Below are positions 23,058 through 33,207 of a DNA stretch of 60,409 nt, piece after piece. Within the stretch, counting starts at the first letter, position 1, and every line of letters begins with the position of its first letter. The translations under genes were made by a program, and so were the position numbers. The notes under the pieces were generated by a model. The model searched no databases, had not been told where the DNA came from, and saw only the letters and a program-made list of their open reading frames with translations. The DNA comes from a virus. The stretch spans positions 1 through 60,409 of the IMG/VR virus record IMGVR_UViG_3300044514_000014. One strand, 5' to 3'.

Positions 23058-25009
23058 CAACACAAACACCATTTATATATGTACAGAAGCACGCCATGAA
23101 GGGCTTCGACTTTTCGCCGTGGGGCGGGATTGAGGGTTTCCTGGAAGCGTCCAAGACCGGGCAGACGGGTAACGCCACGTCGCTCAAGAAGTTCGTCCCT
23201 GACCTGGCGCACGCGGTAGACATGACCGCCGTCGCGATCTCATCCCTGCCGTTCAATGTGCTCGATAAAAATGACGATATATACGACACGTCTGAAAACT
23301 GGAAGAACAACCTGGGCGGGCTGCCGAACCCACAGAAATTGATCTACCTGATCGCCTCCTCACTGTGTGGCGGCTCGGCGTACCTCATCCCCTGGCGCAC
23401 CACCAAACTGATTGTTGATTTGCAATACTGCGCGCCGGGCACCATAACACCCCAAATCGACATGAATGGATTGCAGTGGTTTGACCGTACGGCGCAACGG
23501 GGAAAGGCGGAGAGGATATTCCCGAACAAGCTCATTTATTTCTGGCTGCCGGATAGTGATGTGGAAATTGGTCCTGCCGAGAATCACCCGCTTGGAAACG
23601 CAACGCTCGACGCACAAGTCGTCTGGAATATGAAGAACACCATGCGGATGTATGGGGAGCGAGGCTTTGTTCCGATAACCCTACTCGGCGCTAAGGGGAT
23701 GGTGAACCAGGGGGAAAGGGAGAAGGCGGAGGGCTTCTTTGACCGCTTGCTGCGCGGCGGATTCAACGTCCTGGCGAAGATCGTGAATAGCGACGCGCTT
23801 AGCCTGATACGCGTCGGCGCGGGGATGGACGAACTGAAACAGTCGTATATCGAATTACGCCGGGATGCAAAGGAAAGCATTGCCGATAGCTTCGGCATTC
23901 CGACTGCCTTGTTTATGAGTGACAACGCTTTTGCGTCCGAGTTCGACGCGCTGCGTAAGCAGTGGTATACGGCGTCCCGTTTCGTTGGGATCTATCAGAC
24001 GATTGCGGAAACATTCAGTGACCAGTTGTTCGCGAAGTACGGCTATAAGATGCGTTTCAACTTGGAGGCGCTTGAGATATTCCAGGAGGATGAAAGCGCG
24101 CGGGCAACGTCGCTCGGTTCGCTTGTATCTTCCATCGCGGATAACCCGGATGTAGCGCAGTTGGGGATGTCAATACTCGGCTACGATCTCGACAAGGCGC
24201 AGCAAGGGCAATTGGAGAAACTCATCGCGGCGAAAGAGGAAGCGCGGCAAAAAGTGACAGAGCAGATTAAGCCGGCCGGGGTGGAGCCGGAAGATGCGAA
24301 ACAGCCAGAGCCGAAATCCCTTGACCTCACCGCCGACGAAATCAAGGATCTGGCGCTATGGTACGACCGCGCGAGGCAGTGGTACGTGAAAGGCAAGGGG
24401 ACGGCGGTAGATTGGGAATGTAAGCACCTACGCGAGACTATCGCCGCGCCGATCCGCCTGAGGCTGGCAGACGCACAGAGTGAGACAGATATTGCAGCGG
24501 CGTTTGTGGTTGGCGAGACGACCACGCCCGCGCCGGTATATCAGTCTGGCAATACCGAAGCAATCAAGGCGCTGGCGCTGACTATTGAGCGGGCGATCAT
24601 CGCCGCGAAGGTAGAGCCAACGGGCGCACATGGGAGAGATGAAATGCAAATCACGATTAACAATCCTCAAAGTGTAGATATGACCAGCAAAGAAACGGTT
24701 GAAGCGGTCAAGGCAATGACAGCAAATCTAGCGGCAATGAAGCAGGTGGTTGAGAATCCACCCCCGCCGAATGTGACATTTGCGCCGGTTATCCAGCCGT
24801 CGCAGGTGGCATTTGCGCCTGTCATCCAGCCGAGTGAGGTGATAAATCAAAACACAATCAACGTGGCGCCTACGCCCATTGAGAACAACATAACGAATGA
24901 GGTCCAACCCGCTCCGGTCACCGTGATCCAGAAGGAAGGCAAACGCAAGGCGGTCGTCAAAGACGCGTCCGGCAAAGTTACGAGAACTATTGAGTTAGAA
25001 GGTAAGTAA
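23054..25009 (+). CDS. Portal protein with a long C-terminal extension
   Basis: Follows TerL. The size and central region are typical of HK97-family portals. The C-terminus contains a 33-nt tandem duplication ([10 protein letters not shown] x2). Confidence 0.7.
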   Translation: MTTQTPFIYVQKHAMKGFDFSPWGGIEGFLEASKTGQTGNATSLKKFVPDLAHAVDMTAVAISSLPFNVLDKNDDIYDTSENWKNNLGGLPNPQKLIYLIASSLCGGSAYLIPWRTTKLIVDLQYCAPGTITPQIDMNGLQWFDRTAQRGKAERIFPNKLIYFWLPDSDVEIGPAENHPLGNATLDAQVVWNMKNTMRMYGERGFVPITLLGAKGMVNQGEREKAEGFFDRLLRGGFNVLAKIVNSDALSLIRVGAGMDELKQSYIELRRDAKESIADSFGIPTALFMSDNAFASEFDALRKQWYTASRFVGIYQTIAETFSDQLFAKYGYKMRFNLEALEIFQEDESARATSLGSLVSSIADNPDVAQLGMSILGYDLDKAQQGQLEKLIAAKEEARQKVTEQIKPAGVEPEDAKQPEPKSLDLTADEIKDLALWYDRARQWYVKGKGTAVDWECKHLRETIAAPIRLRLADAQSETDIAAAFVVGETTTPAPVYQSGNTEAIKALALTIERAIIAAKVEPTGAHGRDEMQITINNPQSVDMTSKETVEAVKAMTANLAAMKQVVENPPPPNVTFAPVIQPSQVAFAPVIQPSEVINQNTINVAPTPIENNITNEVQPAPVTVIQKEGKRKAVVKDASGKVTRTIELEGK

Positions 25010-25034
25010 TGCCAACCCCGGAGGAGGACGCATA

Positions 25035-27260
25035 ATGTCAATTACTCATACCTTTGTTAGTGCTGTTCCAGACAGCGGCGATGTCACTTTAGTACAGCCG
25101 TCCAACTGGAATGCTACACATACCCTGGGCGCGGCTCTGGGTGCTGTTGACAGCCTGACGCCTGCCGCCGATAAACTCGGCTACTTCACAGGCGCGACCA
25201 CTGCGGCGCTGACCGACCTGTCTGCCTTTGCCCGCACAATCCTTGATGATGCGGACGCGGCGACGGTGAGGGCGACCATCGGGCTTGGGACGCTTGCCGT
25301 AGTCACACCAACAGGAACGCCGGATGGCACAAAGTTCCTGCGCGATGATTATTCATGGCAGACTTCAAGCGGCGGCTCTGCCCCATTCATCGACTCCACG
25401 GCGATCATCAAAGGCTCGGCTGACGCTACGAAACTATGGCGCGTTGAAGTAGACGGATTCACGACCGGGCAGACACGGGTATTCACCCCGCCTGACGCAG
25501 ACCTAACCATCACCGGAGGCGGCACATTTGCGCTTGGCGGCTTCACCCTGACCGTACCGGCCACAGGCACGGCGGCTCTATTGGCGACGGCGAATGTGTT
25601 TACAGCCGCGCAGAAGATCAACGTCAATTCAACCACCGCCTTTTTTGTGGAGCAGGACGGGGTATACGATGACGTGTTCATCGTCAACACCACCAACTCT
25701 CGCACGTCGCAGAAATCGGCGTCCGCTGACGAGACAGGCACACTAGGCGCTGAGTTCCTATCTGGAGGGACGTGGACTTCTACGGGCTGGACTGGTTCAC
25801 ACCCATTCACACATACAGTTGGCAACACAACAGCACTCAGTTATTCAAAAGCGGCCGTGGTTGCAACATATTACTATATTACCTGGACAGTGACCGGCAG
25901 GACAGCCGGGACATTTACCGTAACGTTTGGTGGGACAAGTTCGTTTGGGAATTCGGCCAGTGGAAACGTGGGACTCAAGGCGACCACAACAGCCAATCTT
26001 GTCTGTACTCCCACAACTGATTTTGATGGGACGATCACATTCTCCATTAAAACACCATCAAACTCAACCGCCACCTATATCTTATATGATAGTGCGGGAA
26101 CTGGTTCCTATGAAATCAGGAATAGCCTATCCACTGCAATGAATGTTTTTATTGGCACTAATGCGGGAGCATCGAATCAATCAGGTACGAGTAACGTTGG
26201 ATTAGGTAATCTGGCTCTCAATAAAAATATTTCAGGGACACATAATCTGGCGATTGGCGAAAGTAGTTTAACAGCTAACGCTAATGGATCACGTAATGCA
26301 GGGATTGGGTCAAGGAGTTTATTCGCAAACACAGCCGGAACGGATAATGTTTCTATCGGGTATTTTACTTTATTGGCAAATACGACAGGGATTGGAAATG
26401 TTGCCATAGGGGTACAGGCATTACAAGCTACTGTCTCGGTTACAGGCTCAACAGCCATTGGGTATCAATCGCTTATCTCTAGCACCGTTGCCGCCAATAC
26501 TGCTATTGGTTATCAGTCTGGGTACAACCTAACAACCGGCTCGGCAGGCAATGGCTCAAATACTATGATAGGCTACTTGGCCGGAAAGCACGCATCGCAA
26601 CTAGTGACGGCTGTAAACTCAACAGCCATTGGCGCGAATACATACACCACATTATCCAATACAATTGTTCTTGGAGATACGGCTATTACAGGCGTCGGGG
26701 TTGGGAACTTTGCTCCCGCGGCGCTTTTGCATCTCACAGCACGCACCACGACCACGAACGCGGTCAAGGAAGTGGGACGGCTTGAAGCGATTGTATCCAC
26801 TGCGGCAACAGGCAGCGCGAACGGTTTCGGTACGGGTTTTTCATGGTACGCCGAAACCGCCACGGACGGCACGAACCAACTGCAAGGAACTATCAATACC
26901 TCATGGATCGACGCCACCAACGCAAGTCGCAAGGCGAAGATGTCCCTCTCTGCCTACGACACGGCGGCGCGCCTGGGGATCGAGATCGAAGCCTCAGGGA
27001 CGGCGGCAATGATTGCGTTTTACGGCGGCACGACCGTCGTACGCGGCGCGGCGTTGACTACGCAACTGACCACAATCACCCACACGTCGCCCGGTACGCC
27101 AGATTACGCAATTCAAGATATGACGATTGTTACACCGTTTGGCTTCGTGACACAAGACGAAGCCAATACGGTATTGAGTGTAATTCGCAACCTGCAAATC
27201 AGAGTTGCGGAACTGGAAGCCCGGCTGGGTTCAGCAACGGGCGTAAATATCTTTGCATAG
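25035..27260 (+). CDS. Tail-fibre-like protein with YadA-head-like NxxAIG repeats and a C-terminal coiled coil
   Basis: N-terminus [13 protein letters not shown]; repeated N(L/V/T)AIG(Y/E)xxL motifs; C-terminus [16 protein letters not shown]. Confidence 0.6.
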   Translation: MSITHTFVSAVPDSGDVTLVQPSNWNATHTLGAALGAVDSLTPAADKLGYFTGATTAALTDLSAFARTILDDADAATVRATIGLGTLAVVTPTGTPDGTKFLRDDYSWQTSSGGSAPFIDSTAIIKGSADATKLWRVEVDGFTTGQTRVFTPPDADLTITGGGTFALGGFTLTVPATGTAALLATANVFTAAQKINVNSTTAFFVEQDGVYDDVFIVNTTNSRTSQKSASADETGTLGAEFLSGGTWTSTGWTGSHPFTHTVGNTTALSYSKAAVVATYYYITWTVTGRTAGTFTVTFGGTSSFGNSASGNVGLKATTTANLVCTPTTDFDGTITFSIKTPSNSTATYILYDSAGTGSYEIRNSLSTAMNVFIGTNAGASNQSGTSNVGLGNLALNKNISGTHNLAIGESSLTANANGSRNAGIGSRSLFANTAGTDNVSIGYFTLLANTTGIGNVAIGVQALQATVSVTGSTAIGYQSLISSTVAANTAIGYQSGYNLTTGSAGNGSNTMIGYLAGKHASQLVTAVNSTAIGANTYTTLSNTIVLGDTAITGVGVGNFAPAALLHLTARTTTTNAVKEVGRLEAIVSTAATGSANGFGTGFSWYAETATDGTNQLQGTINTSWIDATNASRKAKMSLSAYDTAARLGIEIEASGTAAMIAFYGGTTVVRGAALTTQLTTITHTSPGTPDYAIQDMTIVTPFGFVTQDEANTVLSVIRNLQIRVAELEARLGSATGVNIFA

Positions 27261-27268
27261 GAAACAAC

Positions 27269-28645
27269 ATGAACCGCCGTGACTTTCTCAAACTATCAGG
27301 AGCCGGAATATCAGCACTTGGCTTATCCCGGTTTATGGGAGTAATAACTATGCCATATAAAACAAACGCAATCGCGCCGATATGGACGAAGATCGGCAAC
27401 AAGGCCGGATTTATCCCGCTTGGGACTGTTGTTGAGGTCGGCGGAAGCAGAACCATCAAAGGCCGTTTAGTAGCGGAGATAACATCGCCTAACTATTCAG
27501 GAAAGTTTGTCGAGCCGCACTACCTGGGCGAATACAATGTCTCTCCTCCTCCCGTTCCACCACCGCAACTTGATAACGGGCTTGTTATTGACAACGCGCA
27601 GGATTTGAAAAACGTTCTGGCTATGCCGTCGCCGCCTCGGACACAGATATACATCAGGGGCGGAACTTATGAATTGGCGGAGCAATTACATTGCGTCTGG
27701 AAGGAACCTGCCACAATTTCAGGCTTCCGAAACGAGACGGTAATTATCAAGCCGGTAGCTCCTGCCTACTTTGCCCTGCTGATTGAAGGCTCTGGAACAA
27801 CGTGGAAAAATATTGTCGTTGATGGAACAAACGTTCAAAATGCCACTGTCAAAATCACAATGGCAAGCAATATTGTTTTTAGAGACATCGAAGTAGTACA
27901 CGGCGGCGGGGTATTGGTCACGCATTGCAAAAACATTGCTATCCAGAACTGCCATATCCACGACAACGGCACGAATAAATATGTGCATGGGGTCTACCTT
28001 TCAGATGATAACGATGTGACTGTTGCAGGTTGCGATATACACCACAATTCAGGGCATGGTGTCCACACCTTTGTCGGAGCAAATGACCAGAGATATACAA
28101 TTGAGCGCAATTACATCCACGATCATGGAGATCGGGGCATTGGTGTTTATTATGGCGTGGCGACTGTCCGAAATAACATACTGCGCCGATGTGGGACTGG
28201 CATTGCAATCGCTTACGATATTGTGACTGCGTACATCCATAACAATACCGTCACGGGCAGCCAGAATTGGGGAGGTGGTATCGCGTATTTCACCCTAAAC
28301 GCTCCCGCTAAACCCGTTTCGGTAGACGTGTCCAATAATATCCTGGATACCTGCTCGAGTGGTTTCAACGCGATCAATACGAAGGCATATCCAAACACCG
28401 TAATACTATCTAATAACCTGTTTTCAAAGTGCAGTGTTCCCATTATCAAATTAGACGCGCCAGAGAATATCACGCAGGCAAACAATATTACAGCAGACGC
28501 AATGGTGAACGACGATGGGGTAGAGAAGTTTATCCCTATGCCGAACAGTCCGGCGCGCAAGGCGGGACTTCCGCTTACTGATGTATACGATGATTATATA
28601 GGACATTTGCGAATTGCTCCCCCAACTATTGGGGCATGGGAATAA
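27269..28645 (+). CDS. Tat-signal-bearing right-handed beta-helix protein (polysaccharide lyase/depolymerase-like)
   Basis: MNRRDFLKLSGAGISALGLS is a canonical twin-arginine signal. PbH1-like repeats (NIVFRDIEVVHG, IQNCHIHDNG, VAGCDIHHNSGHGV, NYIHDHGDRGI). Confidence 0.7.
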   Translation: MNRRDFLKLSGAGISALGLSRFMGVITMPYKTNAIAPIWTKIGNKAGFIPLGTVVEVGGSRTIKGRLVAEITSPNYSGKFVEPHYLGEYNVSPPPVPPPQLDNGLVIDNAQDLKNVLAMPSPPRTQIYIRGGTYELAEQLHCVWKEPATISGFRNETVIIKPVAPAYFALLIEGSGTTWKNIVVDGTNVQNATVKITMASNIVFRDIEVVHGGGVLVTHCKNIAIQNCHIHDNGTNKYVHGVYLSDDNDVTVAGCDIHHNSGHGVHTFVGANDQRYTIERNYIHDHGDRGIGVYYGVATVRNNILRRCGTGIAIAYDIVTAYIHNNTVTGSQNWGGGIAYFTLNAPAKPVSVDVSNNILDTCSSGFNAINTKAYPNTVILSNNLFSKCSVPIIKLDAPENITQANNITADAMVNDDGVEKFIPMPNSPARKAGLPLTDVYDDYIGHLRIAPPTIGAWE

Positions 28646-28722
28646 CCCAGAAAGGTAGATAATGGCAAAAGGAAACACAGTACCCGCCCCGGCGGTGACG
28701 CATATACACAGAAAGGATACGA

Positions 28723-29040
28723 ATGAAAATTGATTTTACCCAACCCCTCAGCGGCTTGGATGATGAGCCGATTAAAGACGAAACCAGCAAGGATGTTTTG
28801 TTATCTACGCCATGTATAAACTCGCTGCTTGCCACGTCCCAAAATGAGCAGACAGAGCCGGTTGAGAAGCTCGCCCGCTGGGTACTGGCGCAGAAGATCA
28901 CGAAGGCGACTGCGCCGATTGATCTAACCATCGAAGAGGTTGCCAAGATCAAAGACTTGACCGGAAAGTACATGCCGATCCTCATAATGGGCAGCGTGTG
29001 GCAGATACTTGAGGGCAACGGCAAGCCGAAAGAGGAATAG
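28723..29040 (+). CDS. Hypothetical protein
   Basis: ORF on the coding strand. Confidence 0.5.
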   Translation: MKIDFTQPLSGLDDEPIKDETSKDVLLSTPCINSLLATSQNEQTEPVEKLARWVLAQKITKATAPIDLTIEEVAKIKDLTGKYMPILIMGSVWQILEGNGKPKEE

Positions 29041-29225
29041 TGGCGGTAACTGATTGCGGTTTTCAGTCCGATGGGTTCCAAAATGATGGCTTCCAGGTGT
29101 GCGTTACCGGGGAGGACGCAGCTGGCTGGCTTCTCATGCACGCGCCGGTGCGCCGCCGACCTCTCCCGGATGACGACGAAGATGAATTACTCGCCTGGTA
29201 CTTCCTTGAGGTGATGGATGACTAA
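29040..29225 (+). CDS. Hypothetical acidic protein (GTG start)
   Basis: GTG overlaps the upstream TAG. GFQ(S/N)DGFQ repeat. Confidence 0.4.
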   Translation: MAVTDCGFQSDGFQNDGFQVCVTGEDAAGWLLMHAPVRRRPLPDDDEDELLAWYFLEVMDD

Positions 29226-29916
29226 CGACCTGACCAAGATCGTACTCGATACCGTATCGACAATTCCTGAGATATTGCTTTACCTGTCCAACGACGCGCG
29301 GCTGTTCGTGAAGTTACACTCCGCGCTCAAAGCAGTCGGCGATTACACCAGCATCCGGGCCGAGATGAGCGGCGGGATCCACGACGCTGTATACGATTAC
29401 CTGACCGGCTCAGGCAATGTCACGACCTACCGGGCGGCGATGGCGCTGGCTATCTCACAGGCGTATGTCGCCGCGGCGGATATTGGATACCAGGACGCGG
29501 GGGCGGAATTGCCTCTTGACGCAGAGACGGCAGCCTGGGCCCGGGCGGAACTGGATTCGCAATTGGCTTACGTGGATGATTTGTTTGAAACCCTGAAAGA
29601 GTTACGTAAGCAAGATGATGTAAATGCAGCGGCAGAAGCACTCAGACGAGCAAATGGTTACGCCAGCTCTCTAGATGCTTTATATGCTGGCGCAAAGATG
29701 CGCGGCAGCGAGAATATTACTTTGGAGTTCGGCGGAACGGATGGCAAAGAATCATGTTCTGATTGCAAGCGGTTAGTCGGCAAGCGACACAAAATATCCT
29801 ATATCCTTGCACATAACTTGATACCAGCACCCGGGAATGATACATTTGAGTGCAAGGGGTATGAGTGTAATCACTATTGGTTTAACCCAAAAACAGGAGA
29901 AAGATTCACGGCATGA
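29218..29916 (+). CDS. Possible head-morphogenesis/minor head protein (Cys-rich C-terminus)
   Basis: Position between the portal region and the capsid. The C-terminus CSDCKRL...FECKGYECNHYW is loosely reminiscent of gp7/MuF-type tails. Confidence 0.3.
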   Translation: MTNDLTKIVLDTVSTIPEILLYLSNDARLFVKLHSALKAVGDYTSIRAEMSGGIHDAVYDYLTGSGNVTTYRAAMALAISQAYVAAADIGYQDAGAELPLDAETAAWARAELDSQLAYVDDLFETLKELRKQDDVNAAAEALRRANGYASSLDALYAGAKMRGSENITLEFGGTDGKESCSDCKRLVGKRHKISYILAHNLIPAPGNDTFECKGYECNHYWFNPKTGERFTA

Positions 29917-29985
29917 TAAAGACGGAAATGAGTTTACGATATGAGTCTCAGGTGTTAAAATTGAAGTATAGAGAAAGGCAACACG

Positions 29986-30180
29986 ATGACCCCTGACGAA
30001 ATCCGAAGGATGTACAAGCATTTTATAAATCTGCTTGCGAAGATAACTGAAAAGTATTATACGGGCGTTCAAAAAAACTCAGATGGCACATTTACCCATA
30101 CATGGGATTTTTCTAAGGCAGAAGATGAAATCGACCTGCCTGCCGAGCGGCTGGAGCTTCTAGAAAGCAAGGACGAGTGA
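29986..30180 (+). CDS. Hypothetical protein
   Basis: ORF that is GTGA-coupled to the SDR gene. Confidence 0.45.
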   Translation: MTPDEIRRMYKHFINLLAKITEKYYTGVQKNSDGTFTHTWDFSKAEDEIDLPAERLELLESKDE

Positions 30181-30869
30181 TCGCCCTTGTCACAGGCGGC
30201 TCACGCGGCATCGGCGCGGCGTGCGTCCGGGCGTTGAAGGACGCGGGGCATACTGTCGCGGTCGTGGCGCGGGGGAAAGAATCGCCGGAATGTGATTTGT
30301 ATATTCAAGCAGACTTGTCGAAAGAGGGCCGTTCTCGTATTATTCACAAAGTTATCGCGGAACTAGGCGGGCTGGATATTCTCGTCAACAATGCGGGGTG
30401 CCAGTATCACGCCCCTGTTGTGGGCTACGAACCCTTTAGATGGGATTATCAGATTGAGGTAATGCTAACCGCCCCGTTCCACTTATCGAGAGCGGCGGCT
30501 ATTCACATGCTCACCCACGGCGGCGGGCATATCGTCAACATCCTGTCTACGTCTGCCTTCCAGGGAGCGCGCAATATATCCGGCTACGTAGCCGCGAAGC
30601 ACGGGCTGCTCGGCCTCACGCGGGCGATGGCAATCGAGCTTGCGCCGCTGATACACGTCAACGCTATTGCACCCGGACTCGTGGACACGGCCATGACCGC
30701 CTCGTACATCCCCTTACAGAGGCGCGAACTGCTGGAGAGCATCACGCCCGCGGGCAGGTTCGGCAAGCCAGATGAGATCGCTGGGGCGCTGATGTACTTA
30801 ATTCAAAGCGAGTTTGTGTATGGTCAAACCATCGTGGTCGATGGAGGATGGCTGGCAAAGAATGGCTAA
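30177..30869 (+). CDS. Short-chain dehydrogenase/reductase (FabG-like ketoreductase)
   Basis: TGGSRGIG, NNAG, YVAAKHG (YxxxK), IHVNAIAPG. Confidence 0.9.
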   Translation: MIALVTGGSRGIGAACVRALKDAGHTVAVVARGKESPECDLYIQADLSKEGRSRIIHKVIAELGGLDILVNNAGCQYHAPVVGYEPFRWDYQIEVMLTAPFHLSRAAAIHMLTHGGGHIVNILSTSAFQGARNISGYVAAKHGLLGLTRAMAIELAPLIHVNAIAPGLVDTAMTASYIPLQRRELLESITPAGRFGKPDEIAGALMYLIQSEFVYGQTIVVDGGWLAKNG

Positions 30870-31086
30870 ACTAATCGGCGGGCCTCTACATAATCAGATT
30901 ATTGAGATTCACGGTATGCAGTCTGAAAAATTTATAATTCCAGTTTTCCCCAATGACCGCACACCCAAACAATGTGTACGCCACATGAATAAAGCGGTGT
31001 ACAAGCGTACCAGAATTGTGAGGGGGGGGGAAATTGTATACAGGTTTATTTATGGATATTACGATATTAGGTATTTGTATGGCTAA
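30862..31086 (+). CDS. Hypothetical protein containing a G9 homopolymer tract
   Basis: ATG 30862 overlaps the end of the SDR gene. G9 run at 31022-31030. Confidence 0.4.
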   Translation: MAKLIGGPLHNQIIEIHGMQSEKFIIPVFPNDRTPKQCVRHMNKAVYKRTRIVRGGEIVYRFIYGYYDIRYLYG

Positions 31087-32083
31087 AATTATCGAAGCTA
31101 AAGACCTGCGCGGCGAGCGGCGGGAACGTCTCATAGACGCGGTTCCCCTGCCCGCGCCGTGGACGATGTTCATTGACTGCGGGAATCCGTGTAACGCCCG
31201 ATGCGTCTATTGTCCGACAGGTGACACAGAATTACTCCGCAAGATCGGGCGCAAGAATGTATTGATGTCCTGGGAATTGTTTACTAAAGTAGTAGGTGAT
31301 ATAAAAGCCTTTCCGCGACGACTTAAGCGCGTGAACAGCTATAAAGACGGAGAACCTCTTATCCACCCCCGTTTTACCGACATGATGCGCTATCTCAAAG
31401 ACGCCGATGTCACCGAACAGATATGGACGAAAACGAATGGATTGGCACTCAAGCCAGAGATAAACGCCCGTCTCGTCACTTGCGGCTTGGATATGATTGG
31501 CGTATCAGTCCAGCACGTACACGCGCAAGGCTTCTATGATATCGCCCGCGTGCGGATTGACTATGAGGAATACCGCGCCAACGTGCTAGACCTGTACCAG
31601 CGGAGCCGGGATACCGGCGTGAAAATCAGTACCAAAATCGCCGACGTGGGATTTAGCGACGCGGACAAACAAAAGTTTCTTGATGACTTTAGCGACCGCT
31701 GCGATTTCATCGCGATAGAAGGTTTGCATGGTTGGTCTGCCAGCGATGTCAAAGATTGGCGATTGGGAACAGATAATAGTTTCGACGGCAATCTGCGAAC
31801 CAATAAAATCGCCTGTCCATTGGTGTTGTACATGCTGACGGTAAATAGCAACGGCAATATTTCAATATGCAATGATGATGCCTTCCATTGGCACAAGATC
31901 GGCAACGCGAACAATGAAACCCTGATGGATATATGGCACGGGAATAGGTTACGGGAATTTCGACTAATGCACCTTACTGGACGCAAGCATGAAAACCCGG
32001 CTTGCTCTACGTGTGATTATGTTAAAGTTTTACCCGATAGCATTGACAGCGACCGCGAAGAGTATGCAAGGCGATTGAGATGA
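31079..32083 (+). CDS. Radical SAM enzyme with a SPASM/twitch-like C-terminal Cys cluster
   Basis: CNARCVYCP (CxxxCxxC). C-terminus CPLV...ICNDD...NPACSTCDY. Confidence 0.8.
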   Translation: MAKIIEAKDLRGERRERLIDAVPLPAPWTMFIDCGNPCNARCVYCPTGDTELLRKIGRKNVLMSWELFTKVVGDIKAFPRRLKRVNSYKDGEPLIHPRFTDMMRYLKDADVTEQIWTKTNGLALKPEINARLVTCGLDMIGVSVQHVHAQGFYDIARVRIDYEEYRANVLDLYQRSRDTGVKISTKIADVGFSDADKQKFLDDFSDRCDFIAIEGLHGWSASDVKDWRLGTDNSFDGNLRTNKIACPLVLYMLTVNSNGNISICNDDAFHWHKIGNANNETLMDIWHGNRLREFRLMHLTGRKHENPACSTCDYVKVLPDSIDSDREEYARRLR

Positions 32084-32166
32084 TGTATAATACAGTGAGA
32101 CTATATAAATGCTCCTGCGACGTGTTAGCGTCCAGGAGCGTGACCAAAGTACATGGAGGTACTTCG

Positions 32167-32400
32167 ATGTCCAGAATAATACCATTAACACGGGGGAAAG
32201 CGGCGTTAGTCGATGACGCCGACTATGAATATCTAAATCAATTCAAATGGCATTGTAATACAGGCTACGCCTACCGATCGCTACTAAGGGGTAATCGTGG
32301 ACATATAGCCATGCACCGTGAACTTATGGGCGACCCTCAAGGCATGGAGGCTGCAAAGTATTACGGAGAATTTGCGCGAGTAGAGAGGATAAGGAAATGA
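32167..32400 (+). CDS. HNH-type homing endonuclease remnant (catalytic core deleted)
   Basis: N-terminus LTRGKAALVDDADYEYLNQFKWH..GYAYR..MHRELMG and C-terminus AAKYYGEFARV match the two ends of phage HNH/AP2-type endonucleases. The HNH (DHxNGxxLDNRxxNLR) segment is absent. Confidence 0.55.
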   Translation: MSRIIPLTRGKAALVDDADYEYLNQFKWHCNTGYAYRSLLRGNRGHIAMHRELMGDPQGMEAAKYYGEFARVERIRK

Positions 32401-32993
32401 AAAAGGTTATTTCTCTATTCAAGAGAGACTATAAAGGTAATCATCAAGTGTTTGATGAAATTGTTCCCGGCGCTGAATGGGTTGTGAGCGGCGAAGGCAT
32501 CGCAACTATAAAGATTGACGGGACATCCTGTCTTGTTCGTGATGGCTTTTTATTCAAGCGTTATGACGCAAAGAAGGGGCGCACGCCGCCTGCCGGATTT
32601 GAACCAGCGCAAGACCCCGACCCCATTACAGGACATTGGCCGGGGTGGGTGCCTGTTACAGACAGAAAAGAGGATAATTACCATCGCGAAGCGTTTGAGA
32701 ATTGCAAAAACCTTCCAAATGGTACTTATGAGCTAATAGGAGAAAAGATACAACGCAACCCGTACAACATAAGCGGGCATGTCTTAGTTCTTCACGGCGA
32801 ATGGCGTTTTAAGAACGACCCGCCCCGAACTTTTGATGAGTTAAAGGCGTGGTTTGAAACAAATGAAAAGTTTGAGGGGATTGTATGGCATCGCGCAGAC
32901 GGTGAAATGGTGAAAATCAAGCGGCGTGATTTTGGGCTGGCTTGGCCGCCAGCGGTTGTAGTTGCATCGCGAAACATTCGCAGAAAAGGTTGA
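32397..32993 (+). CDS. Nucleotidyltransferase of the ATP-dependent RNA/DNA ligase type (KxDG)
   Basis: IATIKIDGTSCLV (motif I KxDG), YELIGEKIQ, VLHG..., KIKRRDF (motif V-like). Confidence 0.5.
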   Translation: MKKVISLFKRDYKGNHQVFDEIVPGAEWVVSGEGIATIKIDGTSCLVRDGFLFKRYDAKKGRTPPAGFEPAQDPDPITGHWPGWVPVTDRKEDNYHREAFENCKNLPNGTYELIGEKIQRNPYNISGHVLVLHGEWRFKNDPPRTFDELKAWFETNEKFEGIVWHRADGEMVKIKRRDFGLAWPPAVVVASRNIRRKG

Positions 32994-32996
32994 AAG

Positions 32997-33191
32997 ATGG
33001 ATAAAAATCCGATGTTTGAGGCGTACGCAAAAGAAAAAGAGGGAGAATACAAAAACAACGCGATTTCAATCGCCCACGGCATGAAGATGCAATACGATGC
33101 TTTTGTTGAAGAGGGATTTACACACGAACAGGCGCTATCTTTGGTTAACTCGATAGTAGCGACCTTTATACAAAACGCATCAAGGAAATGA
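32997..33191 (+). CDS. Hypothetical protein
   Basis: ORF on the coding strand. Confidence 0.45.
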   Translation: MDKNPMFEAYAKEKEGEYKNNAISIAHGMKMQYDAFVEEGFTHEQALSLVNSIVATFIQNASRK

Positions 33192-33207
33192 CGGACAAGG
33201 AAGTAAT

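Noticed and set aside
24779-24844. A 33-nt tandem duplication in the portal C-terminal extension
   Set aside because: It is a simple in-frame duplication ([22 protein letters not shown]) within a low-complexity tail and is not otherwise remarkable.
26843-27268. Upstream extension of the beta-helix ORF (track start 26843)
   Set aside because: The extension lies inside the fibre-like gene in another frame. The ATG at 27269 gives a canonical twin-arginine signal peptide right at the N-terminus.
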